DNA from: an uncultured Gemmatimonadales bacterium
GTDB lineage: Bacteria; Gemmatimonadota; Gemmatimonadetes; Longimicrobiales; RSA9
NCBI GenBank assembly: GCA_963783305.1
Contig: CAWAMW010000016.1
Span: 544,001 to 608,000 of the forward strand
Reading direction: 5' to 3'
Length of the DNA stretch: 64,000 nt
Shown: one piece after another, positions 51,027 to 61,100 of the stretch
How positions within the stretch are numbered: the stretch's first letter is position 1
Layout of the letters: each line of letters opens with the position of its first letter
Notes under the pieces: model-generated
Database searches by the model: none
The model's input: only the letters and a program-made list of their open reading frames with translations
Told to the model about the DNA's origin: nothing
Position numbers and translations under genes: made by a program

Positions 51027-52220
51027 GTGGAAGACCTGACGTTCGAGGCGGCCATCGAATTCGCGGCGGATCTGATCCGGATCCCCAGTCCTCCGGGTGA
51101 GGAAGAGGAGGTCGCGCGGCGCGTGCTGCGGGAGCTGGGGCGCCTTGGCTTCGATGACGCCCGCATCGACGAGGTCGGCAACGTCATCGGCCTGATCCGC
51201 GGAAGGGGAGAAGCGCCCCCCGTGATGCTGAGCTCGCATCTCGACGTCGTGGACCCCGGGGATGTGGGTTCGTGGCAGCACCCGCCGTACGGCGGCGTGA
51301 CAGCGGACGGATTCCTTCACGGGCGGGGCGCGATGGACATCAAGGGGCCGCTGGCCCTGCAGACGTACGCCGCCGCCCATTTCGTGCGCGATCGCCCGGC
51401 GGGCGATGTGATCGTCGCCCACACCGTACTCGAGGAGCGGGGCGGCTGGGGCATGGCGCACCTGATGGCGTCGGGCGACGTGGGTCCCGGGGCGGTGATC
51501 ATCGGGGAGGCGACGGGCGGTGACATCTGCATCGGTCACCGCGGCCGTGCCGAGCTCGAGATCGAGGTTCGGGGGCTCGCCGGCCACGCCAGCGCACCCG
51601 ACCGCGCCCACAACGCGCTGGACGCGGTCGGCGCCATTCTGGGCGCACTCCAGCGCCTGCCGGATGCGCTGCTAGGGGAGGAGAACCCGGTGCTGGGTCG
51701 CTCCTCGCTCGTTGCGACGGACGTCCGTGCGACACCGGCCAGTCGCAACGTCGTCCCCGATCGTGCCGTGATCGTTGTGGACTGGCGCGTGCTCCCGGGA
51801 GCCACGGCGGCCGCAGCCCTGGCGCTGGTGCGCGGCTACCTGGCCGAGAACGTGGAGCTGCCCGCAGGGCTGGGGTACGCGGTGCGTTTCACCGCCGAGG
51901 AGCAGAGCACGTGGACCGGGCTGCGCGAGGTGAGGGAGATGTTCGGACCCGGGTTCCTGCTCGACCCGGAGCACGACGTCACGCGCGCGGCGGCCCGAGC
52001 GGTCGAAGTGGCCACGGGCGTTCCGCCGACGGTCCGGCCATGGCGGTTCGCCACCGACGGGCGCTACACCTGCGGCGAGCGCGGCATTCCCACGATCGGG
52101 TACGCTCCGGGGGAAGAGAGCCACGCGCACACGAATACAGAGCGGCTGGAGCTCGAGCCGGCGCGGAAGGTGTATTCGGCGTACCCCGCGCTGATCGGTG
52201 CGCTCTTCGAGGTGCTCTAG
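51027..52220 (+). CDS. M20/M25/M40 family metallohydrolase
   Basis: SHLDVV, HGRGAMDIKG, EE, IIGEAT, AHT; AAGGAG RBS. Confidence 0.88.
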   Translation: MEDLTFEAAIEFAADLIRIPSPPGEEEEVARRVLRELGRLGFDDARIDEVGNVIGLIRGRGEAPPVMLSSHLDVVDPGDVGSWQHPPYGGVTADGFLHGRGAMDIKGPLALQTYAAAHFVRDRPAGDVIVAHTVLEERGGWGMAHLMASGDVGPGAVIIGEATGGDICIGHRGRAELEIEVRGLAGHASAPDRAHNALDAVGAILGALQRLPDALLGEENPVLGRSSLVATDVRATPASRNVVPDRAVIVVDWRVLPGATAAAALALVRGYLAENVELPAGLGYAVRFTAEEQSTWTGLREVREMFGPGFLLDPEHDVTRAAARAVEVATGVPPTVRPWRFATDGRYTCGERGIPTIGYAPGEESHAHTNTERLELEPARKVYSAYPALIGALFEVL

Positions 52221-52223
52221 GCG

Positions 52224-52736
52224 TCAGCCCTGGCGGATCCGCTGTGTCAGCGCGGGGACGGACCCCGTCAGCCGGGCGTACAGCGTCATCTGCCCGCGGT
52301 GGTACTCCTCGTGGGCGATGTGGTGGTTGAACCAGGTGAGGCGCGACGCCGGCTCGCCGTTGAACTGCCGGATGGGGCGAAGGATCCCGCCCTCCCCGAG
52401 CTCCCGCATGCGGCGGATGCCCTCGTCCAGGCTGGTCCGGAGGAGCGAGAGCCACTCGTCGCGATCGGCATCGGTGGACAGCGACCCTGCGTGCTCCCGG
52501 ACGTGGTCCTGGAAGCTCTGGCGGGTGAAATCCCCGTCGGGGCGAGTGAGCTCTCCCACGGCCATGAGCGACGACTCGAGGATGTGCCGAACGAGCTCCG
52601 ACACATCCCGGTTCTCGGGGGTGGGGCGGAAGCTCCAGTGCTCGGCCGGAATGTTCTCAGCCTCGGCCGTGAACCCTTCGCGCGCGTAGCGCCATGCATC
52701 GAGGAGCTCGGACAGGAGCGGTGGCTGGTCGGGCAT
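52224..52736 (-). CDS. DinB/YfiT-like (bacillithiol transferase fold) protein
   Basis: FRPTPE, RHI, HEEYHRGQ..Y.RL.G.VP; GGAGG RBS. Confidence 0.85.
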   Translation of the reverse strand: MPDQPPLLSELLDAWRYAREGFTAEAENIPAEHWSFRPTPENRDVSELVRHILESSLMAVGELTRPDGDFTRQSFQDHVREHAGSLSTDADRDEWLSLLRTSLDEGIRRMRELGEGGILRPIRQFNGEPASRLTWFNHHIAHEEYHRGQMTLYARLTGSVPALTQRIRQG

Positions 52737-52838
52737 GGTGCGGCCTCCGTGCACAAATGAGCGAGAAGCGGGTAATGTAGCGCCCGGCGGACGGCCGGTC
52801 GAAAGCACTGATCTCAAAGCAAGCGAATTCCTGGATAC

Positions 52839-53951
52839 ATGGCGAATCTGAAGCTTGGCATCGTGGGACTGCCCAACGTGGGCAAATCGACGCTCTTCAA
52901 CGCGCTCACCGAAGCGGGTGCCGACGCGGCGAACTACCCGTTCTGCACGGTGGACCCGAACGTCGGCGTGGTGGAGCTGCCGGATCCGCGGCTGGACCTG
53001 CTGGAGCAGAAGGTCCAGTCCAAGTCGAAGGTCCCCACCACCACCACGTTCGTCGATATCGCGGGGCTCGTGGAGGGCGCGTCCGAGGGCGAGGGGCTCG
53101 GGAACAAGTTCCTGGCGAACATCCGGGAGGTGCACGCCATCGTCCACGTCGTCCGGTGCTTCGTGAATGACGACGTCACGCACGTCCTGGGCGAGGTGGA
53201 CCCCGTCCGCGACCGCGAGATCATCAACACGGAGCTCGCCCTGTCCGACCTGCAGGGGCTGGAAAAGCGGCTGGAGAAGGTGGAGAAGATCGCCCGGAGC
53301 GGCGACCGGGAGGCGAAGAAGGAGGAGGCGCTGCTGCGTCGCCTGATCGACGTGCTGTCGGAGGGCAAGCCGGCGCGGCTGGTGAAGCCGGAGAACGCGG
53401 ATGAGGACCGGCTGCTGAGGGGCTATCATCTGCTCACCGCCAAGCCGGAGCTGTACGTGGCGAATATCAGCGAGGACGACGTGCTGAGGGGTGGAGACAA
53501 CGACCACGTGCGGGCTCTTCGCACCGCAATCGAGGCCGACCACGAGCCCGCGGAGGTCGTCGCCCTCGCCGCCGGGATGGAGGCCGAGATCCTGGCTCTC
53601 GACCCGGCCGACCGCCAGGAGTACCTCGAAGCCCACGGCCTCGATGAGCCGGGGCTCTACCGGCTGATCCACGCGGGCTACCGCCTGCTCGGGCTCATCA
53701 GCTTCTTCACCGCCGGACCGAACGAGGTTCGGGCCTGGACGATCCGGAGGGGGACCCGGGCGGCCCAGGCCGCCGGTGAGATCCACTCCGATTTCGAGCG
53801 TGGCTTCATCCGCGCCGAGACCATCGGCTGGGAGGATTTTGTGGAGGTGGGCTCGGAGAAGGCCGCCCGGGAGCAGGGGCTCATGCGGAGCGAGGGTCGG
53901 GAATACACCGTGGCGGATGGGGATATCATCCTGTTCCGCTTCAACGTTTGA
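52839..53951 (+). CDS. ychF: redox-regulated ATPase YchF
   Basis: GLPNVGKST, ANYPFCT, DIAGLV.GAS.GEGLGN.FL, IHSDFERGFIRAE. Confidence 0.96.
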   Translation: MANLKLGIVGLPNVGKSTLFNALTEAGADAANYPFCTVDPNVGVVELPDPRLDLLEQKVQSKSKVPTTTTFVDIAGLVEGASEGEGLGNKFLANIREVHAIVHVVRCFVNDDVTHVLGEVDPVRDREIINTELALSDLQGLEKRLEKVEKIARSGDREAKKEEALLRRLIDVLSEGKPARLVKPENADEDRLLRGYHLLTAKPELYVANISEDDVLRGGDNDHVRALRTAIEADHEPAEVVALAAGMEAEILALDPADRQEYLEAHGLDEPGLYRLIHAGYRLLGLISFFTAGPNEVRAWTIRRGTRAAQAAGEIHSDFERGFIRAETIGWEDFVEVGSEKAAREQGLMRSEGREYTVADGDIILFRFNV

Positions 53952-54000
53952 ACGGCGTTGTAACTCCTGGACCTCGCCAGTCGCTCCTGTCCACGGGGGG

Positions 54001-54029
54001 TGGACGGGGGGCGCACGATTGCATACCTT
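54001..54029 (+). promoter_or_regulatory. sigma70-like rpsF operon promoter
   Basis: TGGACG-N17-TACCTT. Confidence 0.5.
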
Positions 54030-54043
54030 TGAAGGCTCTTTGA

Positions 54044-54085
54044 TCCCGCTCCGCCCGAGAGGCGGGGCCTCAAGCCCACGGGAGA
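54044..54085 (+). promoter_or_regulatory. probable S6:S18 ribosomal protein leader RNA
   Basis: TCCCG/CGGGA outer stem sequesters the SD; inner GCTCCGCC/GGCGGGGC hairpin; CC-containing internal loop; 5' of rpsF. Confidence 0.55.
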
Positions 54086-54090
54086 GATTC

Positions 54091-54465
54091 GTGAGAGAGT
54101 ACGAGATCGTTTACATCTTCGACTCGGTCCTGACCGAGGACCAGGTCAATGAGAAGCTGGAGAAGTATCACCAGCACATCACCAAGAGCGGCGGCGAGAT
54201 CACGGCTGTCGATCAGTGGGGCAAGCGTCAGCTCGCCTATCCCATCAACAAGAAGACGACGGGCTATTACGTGGTGGTCCAGTTCACGGGCGACGCGGAG
54301 TCGCTGCCGGACCTGGAGCGCACGCTCAAGCTCGACGACGACTTGGCCCGGTACCTCATCGTGCTGAGCGAAGGGGAGCCGACGGGCCCCGTGTCCATCG
54401 CTACGCGCGAGCCGCGCGATGACGATGACGACGATGACGATGATGACCTCGAGGAGGAGGATTAA
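54091..54465 (+). CDS. rpsF: 30S ribosomal protein S6
   Basis: REYE, WGKRQLAYPI.K...GYY; GTG start. Confidence 0.95.
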   Translation: MREYEIVYIFDSVLTEDQVNEKLEKYHQHITKSGGEITAVDQWGKRQLAYPINKKTTGYYVVVQFTGDAESLPDLERTLKLDDDLARYLIVLSEGEPTGPVSIATREPRDDDDDDDDDDLEEED

Positions 54466-54690
54466 ATGGCCCGCGGACGCCAGAAGCCGTGCCCGCTCTG
54501 CGAGTCGGGGATCCGGCAGATCAATTACAAGGATGAGAACTCCCTGACGCGGCTGATGACCGACTCGGGGAAGATCATGCCGCGACGGATGACGGGAATG
54601 TGCGCCCGCCACCAGCGGCAGGTGGGGACGGCCATCAAGCGAGCCCGCTACCTCGCGCTGGTACCGTACACGTACGTCTACGAGAGCTGA
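54466..54690 (+). CDS. rpsR: 30S ribosomal protein S18 (Zn-binding form)
   Basis: CPLC, INYKD, GKIMPRR.TG.C..HQR, IKRAR. Confidence 0.95.
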   Translation: MARGRQKPCPLCESGIRQINYKDENSLTRLMTDSGKIMPRRMTGMCARHQRQVGTAIKRARYLALVPYTYVYES

Positions 54691-54691
54691 G

Positions 54692-55603
54692 GTGACGGGA
54701 CGAGGACCCGGCTGGCCCACGGTCCTCGGGCTGACCCTGGTGGTGCTGACCTTCTCGGTTCTCCACCCGCTTCAGCTGATGATGATTCCACTGGCCATGC
54801 TGCTGGTGGCGCTCCCGCCGCGTCGCGCGGGGCTCGTCATGTTCGCGGCACTGCTGGTCCTTTTGAGCTTTACGGGCCCGCGTGGCCCGCTCTGGTCGGT
54901 AGAGCGAGGGTGGTCCCTGCTTCTGGGTGGCTATTTCCTCGGTGCGATCCTGGTCTTGCCGGAACGGCCGTTCCTGGTCCGGGCGCTGGCGGCCACGGCG
55001 GCGGCTGTCGGGACCACGGCTGTGGTGGTGGCGGTGACGGGTGGGTGGTCGGAACTGGACTGGATGATGGCCGCCCACTACCGGGAAGTGGCGGAGGCGA
55101 TGGGCCGGACGTGGCCCGGTGGCCTGACCGATGCGGACCAGGTGGTGGAGCTTGCGGGCCGCTTGCCCGCGCGGTTGTTCCCGTCGTTTCTGGCGGTGGG
55201 ATCGCTGGCGGCGCTGGGCGTGGGCTGGTGGGGGTATCGCCGGCTGACGCGCGAAGGTGGGCCGTCGCTGGGTCGGCTGACGGAGTTCCGGTTCCCGGAC
55301 GTGCTGGTCTGGGTGCTGATAACGGGTGTGGCCCTGCTGGTGGTGCCGCTGGCGGATGGAGCGGCGCGGGTCGGGTCGAACCTCGTATTCTTCATGGGCG
55401 CGCTGTACGCGCTGAGGGGTTTCGCAGTGCTGGTGGCACTGGTGCTGGGAATGGTAGGGCCGCAGCTGCCGGTCCTGCTGGTGCTCGGGGTGGTGGGACT
55501 GTTCCTCTACCCCATCGTGGTGGCGGGAACGCTGCTGTTGGGATTGACCGATACGTGGCTGGACCTACGGTCCGGTCGCCGGACGGCGAACGACGAAGGC
55601 TGA
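54692..55603 (+). CDS. DUF2232 / YybS family membrane protein
   Basis: multi-TM, FRFPD.LVW, GL.D.WLDLR; usual position between rpsR and rplI. Confidence 0.8.
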   Translation: MTGRGPGWPTVLGLTLVVLTFSVLHPLQLMMIPLAMLLVALPPRRAGLVMFAALLVLLSFTGPRGPLWSVERGWSLLLGGYFLGAILVLPERPFLVRALAATAAAVGTTAVVVAVTGGWSELDWMMAAHYREVAEAMGRTWPGGLTDADQVVELAGRLPARLFPSFLAVGSLAALGVGWWGYRRLTREGGPSLGRLTEFRFPDVLVWVLITGVALLVVPLADGAARVGSNLVFFMGALYALRGFAVLVALVLGMVGPQLPVLLVLGVVGLFLYPIVVAGTLLLGLTDTWLDLRSGRRTANDEG

Positions 55604-55613
55604 AGGAGCCACA

Positions 55614-56075
55614 ATGAAGACGGTGAAGTTGATTCTACGGGAAGACGTGGAGAAGGTCGGCGAGGCGGGAGACATTGTCTCCGTGAAGCCGGGCTTCGCG
55701 CGCAACTACCTGCTTCCGCAGGCGCTGGCATACGAGGCGACGGAAGCGAGTGTACGCCAGCTGGAGCAGGAGCGCGAGCGTGCGGATCAGCGTGCGCGGC
55801 GCGACTACCTCGAGGCGCGGCGTCGGGCGTCGCAGCTGGAGGAGGTGCAGCTGACCTTCCATGCGCGTGCGGGCGAGGAGTCGAAGCTGTTCGGGTCCAT
55901 CGGGACCGCGGACATTGCCGACCGCCTGAACGAGCAGTCGCTGGACTTCGAGGTGGACCGCAGGGATGTGGAGCTGGACGAGCCGATCAAGGCGCTGGGC
56001 GTCTACAACGTGCCCGTCAAGCTGCACGCAGAAGTGAGGCCCGAAGTAAAGGTCTGGGTCATCAAGGAGGAGTAG
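55614..56075 (+). CDS. rplI: 50S ribosomal protein L9
   Basis: VKPGFARNYLLP, KLFGS, PIKALG. Confidence 0.96.
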   Translation: MKTVKLILREDVEKVGEAGDIVSVKPGFARNYLLPQALAYEATEASVRQLEQERERADQRARRDYLEARRRASQLEEVQLTFHARAGEESKLFGSIGTADIADRLNEQSLDFEVDRRDVELDEPIKALGVYNVPVKLHAEVRPEVKVWVIKEE

Positions 56076-56189
56076 CGAGCCCGGGGGTGGCGGGCCGGTG
56101 AGCCGGCCGCATCGTCCCGGCGGGCAGCGAGCAACGCGAGGGGTGCGGTCCGGCCATCCCTCGCGTCGCTACATTATACTGGGAGACGA

Positions 56190-56594
56190 ATGGCAAGTAA
56201 TTCTTCGAAGGACCCAGCGCGCGCCACTGACCGGACGCTGACGCCGAAGGACCTGACGGATGAGGTTCGGCGGGCGGTCGAGATGGCCCTGGACAGGAAG
56301 GCCCGGGACCTGACGGTTCTCGATCTGCGGGGACTGTCCACGGCTACGGACTACTTCATCGTGGCCACCGGCACATCGGATATCCACGTGCGCGGTGTCG
56401 CCGAGCACATCATCGATGGGCTCAAGAAGGCGGATGTGCGGCCGAGCCACGTGGAGGGGCTGCGAGGCGGACGCTGGGTCCTCATCGACTACATCGACTT
56501 CGTGGTCCACGTCTTTCATCCGGCCGCACGGGACTTCTACGAGCTGGAGCGGCTGTGGGGTGACGCACCGCTGCTGGCGGTGGAGTCTCCTTAG
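56190..56594 (+). CDS. rsfS: ribosome silencing factor
   Basis: KA.D..VLDL, DYFIVATG, WVLIDY.D.VVHVF...R.FYELE.LW. Confidence 0.93.
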   Translation: MASNSSKDPARATDRTLTPKDLTDEVRRAVEMALDRKARDLTVLDLRGLSTATDYFIVATGTSDIHVRGVAEHIIDGLKKADVRPSHVEGLRGGRWVLIDYIDFVVHVFHPAARDFYELERLWGDAPLLAVESP

Positions 56595-56743
56595 CCCCAC
56601 CGTGTGGGTACGACCGGCCGCGGTCGCCGTTCTTTTGCCGCACCGGCCCCCGCTGTATCATTAAGCCGATTTTCCGAGCCGACCACTCGCAGCCCTGAGG
56701 GAGGGGACGCGATCATAGTGAAGGACCCGAACCCATTGTTCCG

Positions 56744-58120
56744 ATGAGCCCCCAGCCCAGACCCGCGGCCACGGCGTTCGAGCCCGGGTCGGATGCACTG
56801 CCGGCCGCTCTCGAACCTGCCATACTCGAATCCGAAAGCCCGATCCTCCTCCTCGTCGCACCCGACACCGGCGACGCGGTGACGCGTGCGGCAATCGGTC
56901 TGGCCGAGGCACGGGCTAAGACCGGCGCGTCCACGATCCTGGCGGACGCCAGCGCCCGCGAGCCCCGGCTCCACAAGCTTTTGGATGTCGATAATCTGGA
57001 GGGGCTCGCGGATGTGTTCCTCTTCGGCGCCTCTCTGGACCACGTGCGCGTGCGGCCGCCCACACGAGCGTTCGACTTCGTCCCCATCGGCGCGTTCGTC
57101 CCCGACCCGAGTGCGGTGCTGGACAGCTCGCGCTGGGACCGTATCGCCCGCTCGGTCGAGGCGGAGTCGGCGAAGCTGCTGGTCTTCGTTCCAGCGGACA
57201 GCCCGGGCCTCGGGATCCTCTCTGCCCGTGTGGGCGAGGCGGTCCTGATCGGCGACGCCGGGAGCGTCGATCGCATGGCGGGGCGGCTGGACCCTTCGTG
57301 CGCTGTGCTTGCGGTGGTGGAGCCATCCTCGGCCACGGCGCCGGAGCGGCTCGCGGCGGAGGCGGGAGCCGCGGAGGCCGAGGGCGCGGTGACGATCTTC
57401 GACCAGCCGGAGCTGTCGGAGCCGGTCGTGTTCCGGAGCGACCGCGCGAGCCGAAGGGCGATCTCGCCGATTCTCCTGCTTCTGCTGGTGGCGGCCCTGC
57501 TCGTGGCCGCCTGGTTCGCCTACCGGGAGTATTTCCCGCCGGCCACGCCGGAGCCCGCGGCGCAGCCGGCGCAGGAGACATCCGCCGCACCGGTGAGAGG
57601 AGAGCCGGTGGAGACGCCGATCCCGGTTTCGGTGGCCGTGGAGGCGCACCAGGATCTGGAGAGCGCGTCGGAGCGGATCGCGGCTCTGCGCCGGGCGGAA
57701 CCCGGGATCGGCTTCTTTCTGGCACCCGTTTCCGTGCGCGGCGTGCTGTACTACCGTCTCCTCGCCGGACCGGTCGCGAGCCGTGAAGCGGGCGAGCGGC
57801 TGATGCAGCGGCTGGTGGAAGGCGACTACAAGACCGCCGTGGACACGTGGGCGGTCCGTCCGACGGAGCAGGCGTTCGATCTGGGCGAGTTCGACACGCA
57901 GCGGCAGGCGGCGGCGCGTGTGGATAGCCTGGGCGCGGCGGGGATTCCCTCCTACATCGTGCCGATCCGTTATGAACCGGGTCGCCCTCGCTATCGGGTC
58001 TACGGTGGCGCGTACGAGTCGGAGGCTGAGGCGTTGGTCATGGCGGAGATGCTGGCGGCGGCGGGCATCGAGCCGCGGCTCGTGGCTCGAACGGGCGAGC
58101 CGATCCAAGAGGGTGCATGA
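56744..58120 (+). CDS. bitopic membrane protein: degenerate P-loop (ParA/MinD/BY-kinase-like) domain + TM + SPOR repeats
   Basis: TILADASAREPRLH...GLADV; TM ISPILLLLLVAALLVAAWFAY; YRLLAGP and YRVYGGAY SPOR-like units. Confidence 0.75.
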   Translation: MSPQPRPAATAFEPGSDALPAALEPAILESESPILLLVAPDTGDAVTRAAIGLAEARAKTGASTILADASAREPRLHKLLDVDNLEGLADVFLFGASLDHVRVRPPTRAFDFVPIGAFVPDPSAVLDSSRWDRIARSVEAESAKLLVFVPADSPGLGILSARVGEAVLIGDAGSVDRMAGRLDPSCAVLAVVEPSSATAPERLAAEAGAAEAEGAVTIFDQPELSEPVVFRSDRASRRAISPILLLLLVAALLVAAWFAYREYFPPATPEPAAQPAQETSAAPVRGEPVETPIPVSVAVEAHQDLESASERIAALRRAEPGIGFFLAPVSVRGVLYYRLLAGPVASREAGERLMQRLVEGDYKTAVDTWAVRPTEQAFDLGEFDTQRQAAARVDSLGAAGIPSYIVPIRYEPGRPRYRVYGGAYESEAEALVMAEMLAAAGIEPRLVARTGEPIQEGA

Positions 58121-61100
58121 GGGTTCGCAAGCTGCAGCTGTACGGATTCAAGTCCTTCGCCGACCGCACGGAGCTCGAATTCCATGAGGGCATCACCGCC
58201 ATTGTAGGCCCGAACGGGTGCGGGAAATCCAACATCAGCGACGCCATCCGCTGGGTGCTGGGCGAGCAGCGCCCCGGGGCCATCCGCGGATCCCGCATGG
58301 AGGAGGCGATCTTCCAGGGGACGCAGAAGCGCCGGGCGGTGAATCGGGCGGAGGTCGCGCTCGTCGTGGATAACTCCGACCGCCGCCTGCCGGTGCCGCA
58401 GGAGGAGGTGGAGATCCGGCGGACGGTCCACCGGGAGGGCGGGAGTGATTACGAGCTGAATCGCGAGAATGTCCGGCTCAAGGACATTCTCGACATGTGC
58501 AGGGACACCGGTCTCGGCGCGAACGCGTATGCCATCATCGAGCAGGGGATGGTGGACTCGCTGCTGAGCGACAAGGCGGACGAGCGGCGCCAGGTGTTCG
58601 AGGAGGCGGCCGGGATCGGGCGCTACAAGGACCGGCGGAAGGTCGCGCGTCGGCGGCTGGACGCCGCCGAGGACGATGTCTCCCGTCTCGATGACGTCAT
58701 CTCGGAGGTACAGACCAAGGTCCGAAGCCTGGCGCGGCAGCGGAGTCGAGCGGAGCGCTACCAGACGCTCCGCGACCGGCGGCTGGCGGTGGAGGTGACC
58801 GTGGCGCAGCTCCACCTGGAGATGCTTCGGGATTCGCTTACGGACGCACAGGCCCGCCTGGCGGAGCTCACGGAGCTCCAGCCCACCGCGAAGGCGGAGC
58901 TGAGCACGGCCGAGGCCGAACTCGAACGCCGGCGGCTCGAAACCGCCGACATCTCCCGGCAGCGCGGCGCCCGCGCGGCCCGTCTGGAAGAGGTGAACCG
59001 CCAGATCTCGCAGCGGGAGCGGGAGCTCGCCGTGGCGGAGGAGCGGCGCGGCCATTCGCAGCGTCGGCTCCAGCAGATCAAGACCGAGCGGGTGGAGACC
59101 CGCGAACGCGTGGCGACGTTACGGAGCGAGATCCAGGCGCTCACCGACGACCTGACCACCCGGCAGCGGGCGCTGCAGGACCTGGCCGTGCGCGTGGCGG
59201 AGGCTCAGGAGCGGCAGAAGATGCTGCGCGAGGAGCTTTCTGTGGCCCGGGAGGCCGAGCACGAGACCCGAACGAGGCAGGAGGAGCTCGGGGAGCGGAT
59301 CGCGCAGCTGAGGGCCGCGGGCCAGGCGGGACGGGCGCGGGCCGCCGACGCGGAGGAGCGCACCGATCGGCTGGCGCTCGAGCATGAGGAGCTCGAAGCC
59401 GAACTGGCTCGTCTGGAGGAGCAGGGAGACCTGTTCGCCCACCGCGCCCGGGAGCTCTCCGACACCGAGGCGGGGGCCCGCGAGGAGGTTGATTCCTGCC
59501 GCGCCCGGCTGGCGGGGCTGCGGGAGGAAGAGCTCGAGTCCCGCCGCACTCTCACCGAGGCGGAAGACCGCGAGAACCTGCTGTCCGCTCGGGTCGCCGC
59601 GCTCGAAGCGCTGGAACGCGACTACCACGGGTTCTCACCTGCCGTGGCCGCCGCCCTCGAGGATCGGGAGTCGCTGGAAGGGCTGGTCGGGCCGCTGGCG
59701 GAGCTACTGGACCTGCCTGACACCCGCGCCGCGGCGGTGGAGGAGGCCGTCGGCGCCATCCTCCAGGTCCTGGTGGTGGAGGATGAGCCCGCGCTGGACC
59801 GGCTCCGGCGCTGGGTCGGCGAGCACGGCCCGCAACAGGGGGTCCTGGCGCTTCTCGTCCAGGACGACCTCGAGCGGGTCCGCGACCTCGTGGCCGCCTT
59901 CGAGTTCGCGGGTGAGCCGGCCTCGGAGCCTGTCCTCCTGCGCCGGCGCGAGCGACTGCGGGAGCTTCGGTCCCAGGCCGAAGAGGCGGCCCGGACGCGG
60001 GAGGCGCTCGCCGCCGCCCGCTCGAGCCTCGCCGCGAAGGTGGAAGAAGCCGAGTCGGAAGTACGGGAGCTGGAGGAGAAGGCGCGGGGGCTCGAGATGG
60101 AGCTGCGGCGCCTCGACGCCGACGAGGCGGCGCGCAGCGGGCAGCGTGCTCGGACGGAGCGCAATCGCGACGAGTTGGAGCAGCGGCGGGCGGGGCTCCG
60201 GGCGGCGGCCGAGCAGGCCAGAGCGGAGGCGGCCAGGGCCGACGAGGAGGTCGGGGAGCTCGGCAAGAAGCTGGAGCGGCTCCAGGACCGGCGCCACGAT
60301 GCCGACGAGGCGCTGGCGGAGCGGCAGGGCGCCTGGGAAGAGGTCCGCGACGAGGTTTCCGAACTGCGGATCGCGCATGCCCGCGAGGAGGCGTCGCTGG
60401 CCGAGCTCGATCGCCGTCGGTCGAGCGCTGAGACCTCGCTGTCGCACGCCGAGGCTCGCCTGGATGCGCTGGACACCGAGGAGAAGGAGCACCAGGTGGC
60501 CATCGCCGAGCTGGAGGAGGTCCGGCAGGGCGGCGGCGCAGAGCTGGAGACGTTCTTCGCTCAGCGGGAGGAGGCGGCCGAGAGCCTGCGCGGCTTCGAC
60601 GAGCGGCTGACCAGGGCCAACGAAGCGGCGGAGGAGTTGGAGCGTCGCTCGCGGAAGCTGCGTGGCATCGCGGAGAGCAGTGGCGAGGAGCGGCACAAGC
60701 TGGAGCTCCGGATGACCGAGGCGGCCGCGGCCGAGCGACGCATCCGGGAGCGGCTGGAGGTGGAGTGGGACCGCCCCTATGACCAGCTGGTCGAGCAGGT
60801 GGAGCCGGTGGAAGGCGACCTGGACCCGCTCAAGTCGGAGCTTCAGCAGGTCATCCACGATCTCGACCGCCTGGGCGCCATCAACATGCTGGCGGTGGAG
60901 GAGTACGACGAGGAGAAGGAGCGGCTCGATTTCCTGGAAACTCAGCGTGCGGACCTCGGGCAGGCGCGGGACGACCTTCAGAAGGCGATCCGGGAGATCA
61001 ACCGCACGGCCAAGCAGCTGTTCACGGACACGTTCAATCAGGTCCGGCACAACTTCCAGACCACGTTCCAGACACTGTTCGAAGGCGGGCAGTGCGACGT

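Noticed and set aside
52224..52736. DinB as DNA polymerase IV
   Set aside because: It is the small four-helix DinB/YfiT fold of about 170 aa, not a Y-family polymerase.
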